64,000 nucleotides of DNA from Candidatus Magasanikiibacteriota bacterium (GTDB lineage: Bacteria > Patescibacteriota > Patescibacteriia > Magasanikbacterales > UBA922): NCBI GenBank assembly GCA_042218065.1, contig JBDGRL010000005.1, positions 338 through 64,337 on the forward strand. The letters run 5' to 3'. The position numbers and the translations under genes were made by a program. Below are positions 19,430 to 28,539 of this stretch, one piece after another. Within the stretch, counting starts at the first letter, position 1; every line of letters begins with the position of its first letter. The notes under the pieces are model-generated. The model was not told the DNA's origin and ran no database searches. It worked only from the letters and a program-made list of their open reading frames with translations.

Positions 19430-19945
19430 ATGTCTCTACTACTGAGAGAAGGAGAGAAAGAAGAAATTATGAGTACCCTCAGTGAAGTTGAGAATAATCT
19501 GCTTCAATTATTGAATAGTTATGAAAGGTGGGAGGCTATAAAATTAAATCCACCTTGGTATGAGATAATAAGAGTTTACACTGAATGGAAAGATGATTGG
19601 TTGGTTTGTCTAAATAAGCCAATCGATGTTGGTATTTTAAGTTTGCCTGGAGTTGCTGGGTATACCAATCCAGGTGTTGCAATGGTAGTTTGTTCAGGAA
19701 CATACAGAAAGACAGTTGGATTTGGCCGAGAAACTAGCACTACTAATCTTGGAAGAGTTATTATATCTAATAATCCTGGGTTTTGGAAGCGAATAACTCC
19801 GGCTACTGGAGATTGTGTTTCACTTACTTTGAAACGCAAAGGTGTAGATCATATATTTGCAAACCAAAAAGAAGATGTGTCTAAGCAAAAAAAGTTAGAG
19901 CTGATTGAGTTCTTTAGGTTAAAAGCTTTACAACTGCAAGACTAA
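19430..19945 (+). CDS. Hypothetical protein (171 aa from the SD-supported Met).
   Basis: AGGAGGGTGAGA precedes the ATG at 19430. There is no recognisable domain. Confidence 0.5.
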   Translation: MSLLLREGEKEEIMSTLSEVENNLLQLLNSYERWEAIKLNPPWYEIIRVYTEWKDDWLVCLNKPIDVGILSLPGVAGYTNPGVAMVVCSGTYRKTVGFGRETSTTNLGRVIISNNPGFWKRITPATGDCVSLTLKRKGVDHIFANQKEDVSKQKKLELIEFFRLKALQLQD

Positions 19946-19967
19946 ATAAGAGGGGAGGGATTCATAA

Positions 19968-19998
19968 GTGGGTCCGGCAATAAGGACCCACATTTTTG
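19968..19998 (+). terminator. Rho-independent terminator.
   Basis: GTGGGTCC-ggcaataa-GGACCCAC followed by ATTTTTG. Confidence 0.7.
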
Positions 19999-20004
19999 TC
20001 CAAC

Positions 20005-20033
20005 TTGATTTTTAACGCCCTTTCTTTTATAAT
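20005..20033 (+). promoter_or_regulatory. Sigma70-type promoter for secDF (TTGATT, 17-nt spacer, TATAAT).
   Basis: TTGATT at 20005-20010 and a perfect TATAAT at 20028-20033, followed by an ~110-nt leader that contains the inverted repeat AGCAGG...CCTGCT. Confidence 0.5.
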
Positions 20034-20143
20034 GGGGCTAGTTAATTTAAAAAGCAGGAATTTTGATCGTGAGTTAAGCCTTGTTTTGTGGCTAGAAACT
20101 GTTTACAGCCTGCTGTTAGTTTGAATAATAGTAGAAAATTTTC

Positions 20144-22216
20144 ATGAATCAGGATAATTCAAATCAGTCTAAAAGAGAAAGGAGGTCCAAAATTAGATGG
20201 GGAATAGCTGCAATATTTGCTTTGTTTATAGCTGCTACTCTGTATGTAGTTCCAACTTATGGTAATAAGGCTATTGACAAAGTTAATAATATAATACCTT
20301 TAGGTTTTCCTCATGTTCCTGAAGAGCCGTTTAAACTTGGTCTAGACTTGCAGGGTGGTATTCATCTTACTTATGAAGCTGACATTTCTAAGATCCCTGA
20401 AGAAGATAAAGAGAAGGCAATTCAAGCTGTCCGAGATGTAGTTGAAAGAAGAGTCAGCGGAATTGGTGTAAATAATGCTTCGGTTCGTACTTCCAGGGTA
20501 GGTGATAAGTATAGGATTAATGTAGAGCTTCCCGGCATAAAAGATAAGCAAAAAGCAAAGAAAAAAATTGGTAAGACTCCTATATTGAGATTCAAAGAGG
20601 TATCTACTTCTACACCTGACAGAAAACTAAGCAAAAAACAAAAGAAAGAACTGCAAGAATTTAATCAAAAGAAAAAAGAAGAGGCAGAAGAAGTTTTATC
20701 CAAAGTAAAAGAAAACAAAAAACAGTTTGAGCAATTAGCTAGAAAGCATTCAGAAGATGAAGCTACAAAAGACAAGGGTGGTTATATGGGGTATGTGACA
20801 CCCTCTTCAACCAAACTTCATAAGTGGGCAAGAGGAGCTAATCAAGGGGAAATAAGTGAGGAGTTAGTAGAAAATGAAGAAGGTTATAATATATTGAAAC
20901 GTGGAGATTCAAAAGAAGGTAAAAGGAAAGTTAAGCTGAGCCATATAAAGATATGTTATGTAGGAGCAGATGGTTGTGAGGATCCACTCTACACCAAGTC
21001 GGAAGCTAAAGCTAAGGCAGAGAACATCTTCCAAAGAGCTAGTGCTTATAACTTCTCTGATTTAGCTGAGGAATATTCTAAAAATAAATCTACTTCCAGC
21101 GAGAAGAAACCTGGATATTTAGGCTATCTATCAAAGAAAGAGGTAGAAAATAAATTTAGCAAGAAATTTGCTAGTGATGTTTTCAATTCCAGACCTAAGA
21201 TACTTGGTCCTGTGGCAACAGACAATGGTTTTCATGTAGTTTATAAGCAAGACGAAAAAGTAGTAACCAAATACCAACTTTGGAGAATTTTATTTGAAAC
21301 CCAAAGCAAAGAAGATATACTCCCCCCAGAAAGTCCGTGGAAGAAAACCAAATTATCCGGGGCTCAGCTCGAAGGAGCTTCTGTCGTGACTGACCAGAGA
21401 ACAGGCCAGGTGCAAGTTTCATTACAGTTTAATGATGAGGGAGCTAGATTATTTGCTGAGATTACAGAAAGAAACGTGGGCAAGCCGGTAGGGATTTTCT
21501 TGGACGGGAAGCCTATAAGTACTCCTAGAGTAAATCAGGTCATTACAAATGGTGAGGCGGTGATCACTGGTAATTTCTCTGTTAAAGAGGCTCAGAATTT
21601 AGCTGAAAGATTAAATGCAGGTGCTCTGCCGGTGCCTATCGAGTTGATTTCTCAACAGTCGGTGGGAGCTAGCTTAGGTCATGAATCTTTGGTAAAAAGC
21701 CTGAAAGCAGGAGTGGTCGCTATACTTCTAGTAATGCTATTTATGGTTGCTTTCTATCGCCTACCTGGTGTATTGTCTGCAGTTGCGCTTTTGATTTATA
21801 TTTCTTTGACCTTAGCGTTGTACAAGCTTATCGGTGTAACTATGACCTTAGCAGGTATAGCAGGGTTTATATTGTCTGTAGGTATGGCAGTCGATGCAAA
21901 TGTGCTTATATTTGAGAGATTAAAGGAAGAACTACGTGCAGGTAGAGCTTTGAAACCAGCTGCTGAAGAAGGGTTTATGCGAGCTTGGACTTCGATAAGG
22001 GATGGTAATGTTTCTACTCTCATAACCTGCTTTATGTTATTGATGTTTGGTACAAGTTTTGTAGAGGGCTTCGCAATAACTCTAGCTATTGGAGTATTGT
22101 TAAGCATGTTCTCAGCGATAACGATAACCAGGTTGTTGCTGCTTCTCATCACCCCTTGGTTTGATCGTAGAGGTAATGCTTTGTTTTTGGGAGCTAATTC
22201 TAATAATCAAGAATAA
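20144..22216 (+). CDS. secD: Protein translocase subunit SecD with two parvulin-type PPIase domains inserted in the periplasmic P1 head.
   Basis: SecD N-terminus LGLDLQGGIHLTYEAD...VELPGIKD...IGKTPILRFKEV. The insert carries FEQLARKHSEDEATKDKGGYMGYVTP...EGYNILKRGD and VKLSHIKICYV...FSDLAEEYSKNKS...PGYLGYLSKKEV...ILGPVATDNGFHVVYK (parvulin signatures). The SecD head then resumes at GIFLDGKPISTPRVNQVITNGEAVITGNFSVKEAQNLAERLNAGALP, followed by the 6-TM core. Confidence 0.85.
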   Translation: MNQDNSNQSKRERRSKIRWGIAAIFALFIAATLYVVPTYGNKAIDKVNNIIPLGFPHVPEEPFKLGLDLQGGIHLTYEADISKIPEEDKEKAIQAVRDVVERRVSGIGVNNASVRTSRVGDKYRINVELPGIKDKQKAKKKIGKTPILRFKEVSTSTPDRKLSKKQKKELQEFNQKKKEEAEEVLSKVKENKKQFEQLARKHSEDEATKDKGGYMGYVTPSSTKLHKWARGANQGEISEELVENEEGYNILKRGDSKEGKRKVKLSHIKICYVGADGCEDPLYTKSEAKAKAENIFQRASAYNFSDLAEEYSKNKSTSSEKKPGYLGYLSKKEVENKFSKKFASDVFNSRPKILGPVATDNGFHVVYKQDEKVVTKYQLWRILFETQSKEDILPPESPWKKTKLSGAQLEGASVVTDQRTGQVQVSLQFNDEGARLFAEITERNVGKPVGIFLDGKPISTPRVNQVITNGEAVITGNFSVKEAQNLAERLNAGALPVPIELISQQSVGASLGHESLVKSLKAGVVAILLVMLFMVAFYRLPGVLSAVALLIYISLTLALYKLIGVTMTLAGIAGFILSVGMAVDANVLIFERLKEELRAGRALKPAAEEGFMRAWTSIRDGNVSTLITCFMLLMFGTSFVEGFAITLAIGVLLSMFSAITITRLLLLLITPWFDRRGNALFLGANSNNQE

Positions 22217-22217
22217 A

Positions 22218-23117
22218 ATGTTGGATATCATAAAGTACAGAAAATTTACATTCATACTTTCCGGTATTTTTGTAGGGGTTAGTTTGGTGCTTCTCATCAT
22301 TTTTGGTTTGAATTTAGGCATAGACTTTACCGGAGGCTCGATGATGCAATTAAAATTTGATGAACGTCCAAGTGTAGATCAGATTGAGAAGGTTTTGAAG
22401 CCGATGAACTTAGGTTCACTTGTAGTAAAACCTGCTGATGAGAAGTCTATGATTTTGAAAATGGAGTTTATAAAGGAGGATACCCATCAGGAGATTCTTA
22501 CAAAAATAAGAAATGAGTTTGAAACAGAAAATAATAAAGTTATAGAAGAAAAAGTTAACACTATAGGTCCTGCGATAAGTTCAGAATTAAAGGAGAACTC
22601 TATTTATGCGGCAATAGGTGTTATTTTGGCTATTATAGGTTATATAGCATATGCTTTCAGAAAAGTTTCTAAACCTGTAGCTTCTTGGAAGTATGGCTTG
22701 ACGGCTATTTTTGCCTTAGTCCACGATGTTATGATAACGATGGGTGTGTTTGCCGTTTTAGGTTACATAATGCAGGTTGAGGTAAACATCCCTTTTGCGG
22801 TAGCTATGTTAACTATACTTGGTTATTCTGTAAATGACACGATAGTGGTATTTGATAGAATCAGAGAAAAACTCAATAAGTTAGGTGTGGCTAAATTTAA
22901 AAAGAGCATAATTGAAGGTGTAAATGACACCTTGGTTCGTTCAGTAAACACTTCGTTAACTACCCTTGGTGTACTTTTTGCTTTACTGTTGTTTGGTGGT
23001 GATTCTATTTTTTATTTCTCTTTAGCTTTGATTATAGGTATAGGTCTTGGAACCTATTCTTCAATATTCTTAGCAAGCCCGATTCTATACACCTGGAAAA
23101 AGGTCGACGCCTTTTAA
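22218..23117 (+). CDS. secF: Protein translocase subunit SecF.
   Basis: Starts at MLDIIKYRKF, 2 nt after the secD stop. Membrane core: GVFAVLGYIMQVEVNIPFAVAMLTILGYSVNDTIVVFDRIRE. Confidence 0.85.
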   Translation: MLDIIKYRKFTFILSGIFVGVSLVLLIIFGLNLGIDFTGGSMMQLKFDERPSVDQIEKVLKPMNLGSLVVKPADEKSMILKMEFIKEDTHQEILTKIRNEFETENNKVIEEKVNTIGPAISSELKENSIYAAIGVILAIIGYIAYAFRKVSKPVASWKYGLTAIFALVHDVMITMGVFAVLGYIMQVEVNIPFAVAMLTILGYSVNDTIVVFDRIREKLNKLGVAKFKKSIIEGVNDTLVRSVNTSLTTLGVLFALLLFGGDSIFYFSLALIIGIGLGTYSSIFLASPILYTWKKVDAF

Positions 23118-23241
23118 TATCATAAAAATACCTAAGTTAAATTTTAATCGTTTATATTTATAAACCAATCTTTTTAATTCGAAACCATTCTACTCTTTTG
23201 TTATACTAAAAACACTTAAAACTTAGTCTGAGTAAAAGTCT

Positions 23242-23403
23242 ATGTCAGAAAATTTCGTTCGACACTTAATATCCTTCTTGTGCATGTTGGTGGTTTTTAT
23301 GGGTTGGATATCAGGTTACTTTTCTTATCCTAGAGGTTGGTGGTGGACAGCTTTTGGTGTTATTGCAATTTACGGAGCCATTTATCAATTGCTAGAGGTA
23401 TAA
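23242..23403 (+). CDS. Small hydrophobic protein of 53 aa, not in the ORF track.
   Basis: ATG at 23242 to TAA at 23401-23403 encodes MSENFVRHLISFLCMLVVFMGWISGYFSYPRGWWWTAFGVIAIYGAIYQLLEV, predicted as two TM helices. Confidence 0.3.
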   Translation: MSENFVRHLISFLCMLVVFMGWISGYFSYPRGWWWTAFGVIAIYGAIYQLLEV

Positions 23404-23413
23404 CAAAACATAA

Positions 23414-24826
23414 ATGCCAGTTGCAGCCCAAGAAATTTTAGTAATATTAATGAAATTTTTTTTAAGGCCCGTTCCGATAGTGGCCTTTGATTTATTTATT
23501 ATCGGTGGTTGGTTGATTGTTTGTAATGGTTTATTTGAGGTTATAGATTATTTGTGGGTCAAGGAGTATAAGGAACCGAAAGCAAAATCTGATTTTAATT
23601 GGAAGCTGTTAGCTATAGATGTGCCGGAGGATAATATACAGACACCAAAAGCTGTAGAGCAGATGTTTTGTCATTTAGCTGGTGCTTATGTCCCTGCCAA
23701 TATTGCTATGGTTTATAGGAGAGGGTTCAAGCAAAGAAAATTTTCTTGTGAGATTGTAAGCATCGAAGGGTATATCCAATTTTTAATCAGAACCGAGGAG
23801 GACCTTCTAGACTTAACAGAAGCTGCGATTTATGCTCAGTATCCGGATGCAAGAATCACGGAAGTGGAGGATTATGTAGATAATGTACCCTCTAATTATC
23901 CAAATGAAACTCATGATGTATGGGCAGCTGAGTTTTCCTTGGCTGAGTCAAATGTGCAGCCAATTCGCACTTATGAGGAGTTTGAGCACCATGTATCCGA
24001 GGAGGAAGAGTTTAAGGATCCGATGAACTCTTTCTTGGAAAGCTTTTCCCGGATGGGAGATGGTGAACAGCTGTGGTTTCAGATAGTAATCAAACCGGTA
24101 TCTGATAGCTGGAAGAAGGAAGGTATAGAGAAAGTAAAAGACTTGATTGATGCTGAAGATACTGCTTCAGGTACTAGTATTTCTGATGTTATGGGGCAGT
24201 TTAAAGATGAGGCACTGGGAGGTGGGGGCAGTTCTCAGTCTAATGATGATGGTCCTCCGAATAAAATGCTTTACCTTACCCCCGGGGAGCAGAATCTGGT
24301 AGAAAGTATTGAAGATAAAATAACTAAAATAGGATTTTTCTGTATGATAAGAGGTGTATATGTAGCTAGAAAAGAGGTGTTTAAGCCGCAAAGGGGGGCT
24401 CATTCTTTGATAGGAGCTGTCAACCAATTTAATGACCCTAGCAAAAATTCTTTGAAAGTTTCTTGGAGTTCAGATACTTCATTTTTATTTGCGGAAAGGA
24501 GATCTAACTATATTAAAAATAGTATTTTAAGGAACTACATGGGTAGAAGTAGAAAAAGGGGGGCTCCGTTTTCTATCTTAAATGTTGAGGAGCTTGCTAC
24601 TCTTTGGCACTTTCCTATGCAGGATGTCAAGACTCCAATGGTTCAAAAATCCAAAGAAAAACAATCCGAGCCACCATCTGGATTACCTACAGAAAGTATG
24701 TCTGCTGGAGCAACCCCTGAAAGCATTGTTCCTACAGCAGAGGAAGATACAGAGGATTCGGAACAAGAAACTTCGCCCCCAAAGGAGGGTTCCGAGGAAA
24801 CTGAAGAAGGCAGGCCTTTTGGTTAA
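23414..24826 (+). CDS. Membrane-anchored hypothetical protein. It is a paralog of the N-terminal ~430-aa domain of the coupling-ATPase homolog at 33137-35746, but lacks the ATPase.
   Basis: Shared blocks: IQFLIRTEEDLLDLTEAAIYAQYPDARITEVEDY versus IKFYIDVPVEKKDFIKQQVFSQYPDAKIEEVADY, and EELATLWHFPMQDVKTP versus EEMASLWHLPLPSTEAP. One N-terminal TM helix; acidic, low-complexity C-terminus. Confidence 0.6.
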   Translation: MPVAAQEILVILMKFFLRPVPIVAFDLFIIGGWLIVCNGLFEVIDYLWVKEYKEPKAKSDFNWKLLAIDVPEDNIQTPKAVEQMFCHLAGAYVPANIAMVYRRGFKQRKFSCEIVSIEGYIQFLIRTEEDLLDLTEAAIYAQYPDARITEVEDYVDNVPSNYPNETHDVWAAEFSLAESNVQPIRTYEEFEHHVSEEEEFKDPMNSFLESFSRMGDGEQLWFQIVIKPVSDSWKKEGIEKVKDLIDAEDTASGTSISDVMGQFKDEALGGGGSSQSNDDGPPNKMLYLTPGEQNLVESIEDKITKIGFFCMIRGVYVARKEVFKPQRGAHSLIGAVNQFNDPSKNSLKVSWSSDTSFLFAERRSNYIKNSILRNYMGRSRKRGAPFSILNVEELATLWHFPMQDVKTPMVQKSKEKQSEPPSGLPTESMSAGATPESIVPTAEEDTEDSEQETSPPKEGSEETEEGRPFG

Positions 24827-25671
24827 TTAGATGCGAGGCTGTATTCAGCCGCTAAGGCAACATTTTCAAGCAATTTTGAGACTGTAATTGGCCCTATACC
24901 ACCAGGAGTAGGGGTAATAAAGTCAGCTTTTTGTTTAATTTCATCTTTTTTTACATCTCCGTATGCTTTTCCTTGATCGTAATCTATACCTGCATCTACA
25001 ATAGTAGTTCCTTCTGATATCATCTCCTCGTTTATTAGATGTTTTTTGCCGACGCCTGAGATTATAATATCTGCTTGTAGGCACTTTTGTTTTAGGTTTT
25101 TTGTGAACTCGTTACAGGTTGTTACAGTGGCTTCTTTGTTCATCAAAATTATTGCGGTGGGTTTACCTACTAATATTCCTGTTCCGACTACAGTGATGTT
25201 CTTGCCTTTTAGCTCAGTTCCAGTTTGTTTTAGTACTTCCATGATAGCCCCGGCGGTAGGAGGTACAAAGTTGCTATTATGCTTTACTAATTTACCTAAG
25301 TTTTCGCTGGTAAGGCAGTCTACATCTAAATCGGGTTTTACTAAATCTAAAATATCTGGATATAATCTGTTAGGAACAGGGAGCTGTACTATCAAACCGT
25401 CTAGATCACCATTTTGTATCTCTTTTAATTCCTGCTTAATTTCTTTTTTTGTAACTTCAGAAGGAAAAGAGAAGACTTCGAACTCTATCCCAAGTTCATT
25501 GGCTTTATCTCTTTTTTTGTTTATGTAGGTTTGAGAGGACTGGTTATCTCCTATATATACAACACCTAATTTAGGGACAACCTCTTTTTCTGCTAAAGCT
25601 TCGACTTTCTTTTTGGTTTTATCTTCTATTTCTTTTGCTATTTTTTCACCTTTTATTATTTCCGCTGACAT
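24823..25671 (-). CDS. folD: Bifunctional methylenetetrahydrofolate dehydrogenase / methenyl-THF cyclohydrolase.
   Basis: N-terminus IIKGEKIAKEI...KLGVVYIGDNQSSQTYINKK, NAD(P) binding VVGTGILVGKP, and PGGIGP near the C-terminus. Confidence 0.85.
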   Translation of the reverse strand: MSAEIIKGEKIAKEIEDKTKKKVEALAEKEVVPKLGVVYIGDNQSSQTYINKKRDKANELGIEFEVFSFPSEVTKKEIKQELKEIQNGDLDGLIVQLPVPNRLYPDILDLVKPDLDVDCLTSENLGKLVKHNSNFVPPTAGAIMEVLKQTGTELKGKNITVVGTGILVGKPTAIILMNKEATVTTCNEFTKNLKQKCLQADIIISGVGKKHLINEEMISEGTTIVDAGIDYDQGKAYGDVKKDEIKQKADFITPTPGGIGPITVSKLLENVALAAEYSLASN

Positions 25672-25698
25672 GTTAATAGAAATTAGAACACTACAATT

Positions 25699-26703
25699 TT
25701 ACCAAATTTTTACTTCATTGTTAAGTTTAATTCCGAATTTCTCTTCTACCTTATCTTTGATTTTTTCTGAAAATTTATAAACCTTGTTGCCACTTTTTTC
25801 ACCGGGATTTATGATAGTCAATGAGTGATTTTCAAAGGTTTTTACCCCCTTTGGAGGACTGATCTCATCTTCTATTTGTTCAATGAGCCAGCCGGCAGAT
25901 AATTTTATACCTCTTTTAGTGTCAAAGTATGGCATTTCTGGAAAATTCTGTTGCAGCTTTTTTAATTTATTTTTGTCTATAAATGGGTTTTTGAAAAAAC
26001 TGCCAGCAGTGGGGGTGTGCTCCCAATCAGGAAGCTTATTTTTTCTAATTTCGCAAACTTCTGAAAAAGTATCCTGTATTGTAGGGTTTTTTATATTTTT
26101 CTTTTTTATAGCTCGCTGTAGAGAGCTGTAACTAAGGTTTGGGGTTGGTTCCTTTTTTAATTTAAAAGTAGCAGATATTATAAATAAATTTTTGTATTCT
26201 TCTTTTTTAAATATGCTATCTCTGTATCCAAATTTACATTCATCTTTAGTTAGAGAATATTCTTCTCCTGAGTTTAGATTAAATACTTTTACTGACTCAA
26301 TACTGTCTTTTATCTCCATTCCATAAGCACCAGCATTTTGAATAACAGCACCTCCTACTGTTCCGGGAATCAAAGCAAGATTTTCTATACCGCCTAGTTT
26401 TTTTTCTACTGTAGTTTTTACAAATTGGTGCCAGTTTTCACCTGATTTTACTTCAATAATAGCACTTTTATATGTCTCATTTATTTTTTTTATTCCTTTT
26501 AGTTCGTTTTTTAGAATTGGTTTTTTTATTTTCCCGGTAGGAAGGATATTACTACCTCCGCCTAAAATATAAAAAGAGCCCAGATCTTTTTCAGCTACAT
26601 CTTCTAAGTCTTGTTCATTTTCTATTACATACAATTGCTCAGCTTCTGAGTCCGTTTTGAAGGTGTGCCAGGGTTTTAAAGTTTGCTTTTGCTTAATTTT
26701 CAT
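25699..26703 (-). CDS. murB: UDP-N-acetylenolpyruvoylglucosamine reductase.
   Basis: FAD-binding region FYILGGGSNIL...LIPGTVGGAVIQNAGAYG, and C-terminal SAGWLIE. Confidence 0.8.
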   Translation of the reverse strand: MKIKQKQTLKPWHTFKTDSEAEQLYVIENEQDLEDVAEKDLGSFYILGGGSNILPTGKIKKPILKNELKGIKKINETYKSAIIEVKSGENWHQFVKTTVEKKLGGIENLALIPGTVGGAVIQNAGAYGMEIKDSIESVKVFNLNSGEEYSLTKDECKFGYRDSIFKKEEYKNLFIISATFKLKKEPTPNLSYSSLQRAIKKKNIKNPTIQDTFSEVCEIRKNKLPDWEHTPTAGSFFKNPFIDKNKLKKLQQNFPEMPYFDTKRGIKLSAGWLIEQIEDEISPPKGVKTFENHSLTIINPGEKSGNKVYKFSEKIKDKVEEKFGIKLNNEVKIW

Positions 26704-26825
26704 CTCGAATATTAAAAAAGTGCTCTTACTTTAACATATAAGAATTTTTTTTCAATTGAGGAATTGGCTGTTCCTTTCACTAGACCAAGTTCGAGCTGTT
26801 TTGGTAGCTAAAAATTAAAAAGTTA

Positions 26826-27812
26826 TTAGGTTTTATGCCCTAAAAACCCAGCATAATCTTCATTTTCATTTGTAATTACTTCTCCGTCAAAATATTCTTT
26901 AGCCTTTTTGGAAAAATCTCTCAGGGTCGGCTTATGTGATTTTCCTACTAAAAGTTTATCACCTTTTTGTAAATCTAAGCCTTGAAGCTCACTTGGTACC
27001 TGCTTTATTTCAAAGTAAGCTTCAATCCTTTTCTTATCTCGGTTAAACTCTACATTGTATGTAACCTGTTCTTCTTCAAAACCTAATTTATTTATCAATT
27101 CAAACAAGAAATTTTTTTGAGTTTCATTTTCATATTGAGGTATTATCTCTTCCACGATTTCCTGAGTACTACTAATCTGAGCAGAAAAGTAAATAGTATC
27201 TTCTTCTGACATGTTCTCGCTAATCTTTTGAAGAATGTAGTCAGGATCAAAATTCACAAAAGTAGCCCCTAAATATAGAAACTTTTCTTGATCAGAGTCT
27301 ATATCTTCCAATAATTCTTCCATTTTTTCAAAATCAGCCTGCAAGGGCTCCACATCAAAATCGTAGTCTGAGCTGTCAGAATTTCTTTGGGCTTCTTCAA
27401 GCAATCTTTCACTTATATCTACTGGATAGTAATCAATTTTCTTACCTTCTTCCTTGGCTTTTTCTACTATAGTAATGCTTTTTTCTCCATTGCCACAACC
27501 TAAGTGTATTACATCTGAAGAATTACTAATCTCACCAACAAACTCGTCAAGGTTTGACTTTATCATTTCCATTTCCGCATCATGCATACCTTCACTGTAC
27601 TCTGCTTGTTCTTCTAAAGCAAGATAATTTTCTGCCTGCTCTTCTTCTATATACCAAAATTTAGTTTCACTTATATCAAAAGTATGGTTTTTATCTTTAT
27701 CTCTCTGTTCTGGTATCTGTTCTGACAGAAGTTCTAATAGCTCTTCTTTGATATCTATTTGCTTTGAGTCTCTACTTTCGGTTTGAAAGTGGCCTTCTCT
27801 GTTAGAGTCCAT
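26826..27812 (-). CDS. EgtD-like SAM-dependent histidine N-alpha-methyltransferase family protein (Methyltransf_33-like).
   Basis: VIHLGCGNGEKSITIVE...YYPVDISERLLEEA matches the EgtD pattern ELGSGsseKtr...Y.PvDvS. It has an acidic N-terminal extension. Confidence 0.5.
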   Translation of the reverse strand: MDSNREGHFQTESRDSKQIDIKEELLELLSEQIPEQRDKDKNHTFDISETKFWYIEEEQAENYLALEEQAEYSEGMHDAEMEMIKSNLDEFVGEISNSSDVIHLGCGNGEKSITIVEKAKEEGKKIDYYPVDISERLLEEAQRNSDSSDYDFDVEPLQADFEKMEELLEDIDSDQEKFLYLGATFVNFDPDYILQKISENMSEEDTIYFSAQISSTQEIVEEIIPQYENETQKNFLFELINKLGFEEEQVTYNVEFNRDKKRIEAYFEIKQVPSELQGLDLQKGDKLLVGKSHKPTLRDFSKKAKEYFDGEVITNENEDYAGFLGHKT

Positions 27813-27985
27813 TATAGTTTTAATTATTTACGCTTTTAGTATAGTTTTTATACTTTTCTATTTCAAATTAATGAGAAAAAAGAGAGAATATTAAGCTCAT
27901 TTGAAATATTTAAAATAAACAGTAATATAAATAGCCTCTACCTCAATTATTTCCAACTTTAAGAGGTGAAAATAATAGTCGGTAG

Positions 27986-28021
27986 CCGGAGGCTCGATCG
28001 CGTGATGCGACGAACCTCCGG
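27986..28021 (-). terminator. GC-rich hairpin downstream of the Cys-rich gene on the minus strand.
   Basis: CCGGAGG-ctcgatcgcgtgatgcgacgaa-CCTCCGG lies immediately 3' of the gene's minus-strand stop. Confidence 0.4.
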
Positions 28022-28039
28022 TCCCCCTTTTCTTATTAA

Positions 28040-28321
28040 CTATTCCTCCTTTGGTTGACAGAACTTCCTCACACTTGCTGGAGAGGTCTGCATTCCTTCG
28101 CAGTTTCCGCTCCGGCAGTCTTGATCCTTGTAGCACCGCTGCCCCACTGAGCAGTTAGGGCTGCACGAACCGCCAAGGTTGATGACGTTGATGGTAGGTT
28201 GACTCTTTTCATCCTCCGACTGGGAAAGGGAGTACATGCCGGAAGTGATGGCAGTCCCCAAAAGGGCGCCCAAAAAGACCCACAGAACAATTGAACTCCA
28301 GTCAAGCTCCGTATCAGCCAT
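28040..28321 (-). CDS. Small membrane-anchored cysteine-rich protein of 93 aa, counted from the ATG at 28321.
   Basis: MADTELDWSSIVLWVFLGALLGTAITSGMY (TM helix), then ...GGSCSPNCSVGQRCYKDQDCRSGNCEGMQTSPASVRKFCQ (six Cys, CxxxC-x5-C-x5-C-x4-C-x13-C). The gene is conspicuously G+C-richer than all flanking DNA. Confidence 0.55.
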   Translation of the reverse strand: MADTELDWSSIVLWVFLGALLGTAITSGMYSLSQSEDEKSQPTINVINLGGSCSPNCSVGQRCYKDQDCRSGNCEGMQTSPASVRKFCQPKEE

Positions 28322-28374
28322 GATCCTATACCCCAAAGGTTATTAACCTTTAGGGTTTCTAGAAGCGAGATTAA

Positions 28375-28449
28375 ACCTCCAACAGAATGTTGGAAGGGGG
28401 CGATACCCTCTAAATCTAGTATCTACTAAACTTAGAGGGTACCGCCCCT
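28375..28449 (-). promoter_or_regulatory. Structured GC-rich leader element in the 5' UTR of the Cys-rich gene. It holds a 17-bp-arm near-palindrome plus a small hairpin.
   Basis: GGGGCGATACCCTCTAA...TTAGAGGGTACCGCCCC has one mismatch. The adjacent hairpin is CCTCCAACA-gaa-TGTTGGAAGG. Confidence 0.4.
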
Positions 28450-28509
28450 ACTCTCTTTTCGGTGTTATATAAAGAACAATATCCTAGAATAAATCTAGGA
28501 TAACAGCAT

Positions 28510-28539
28510 AGTGTAATACAAAAATCACTCCTTGTCAAG
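28510..28539 (-). promoter_or_regulatory. Putative minus-strand promoter (TTGACA, 17-nt spacer, TACACT) between tRNA-Gln and the Cys-rich gene.
   Basis: Minus-strand TTGACA is the complement of plus 28534-28539. TACACT is the complement of 28511-28516. Confidence 0.3.

Noticed and set aside
22161-22217. Upstream Met (MIVEVMLCFWELI...) as the secF start.
   Set aside because: It lies inside the secD coding region. The Met at 22218, right after the secD stop, matches SecF N-termini.
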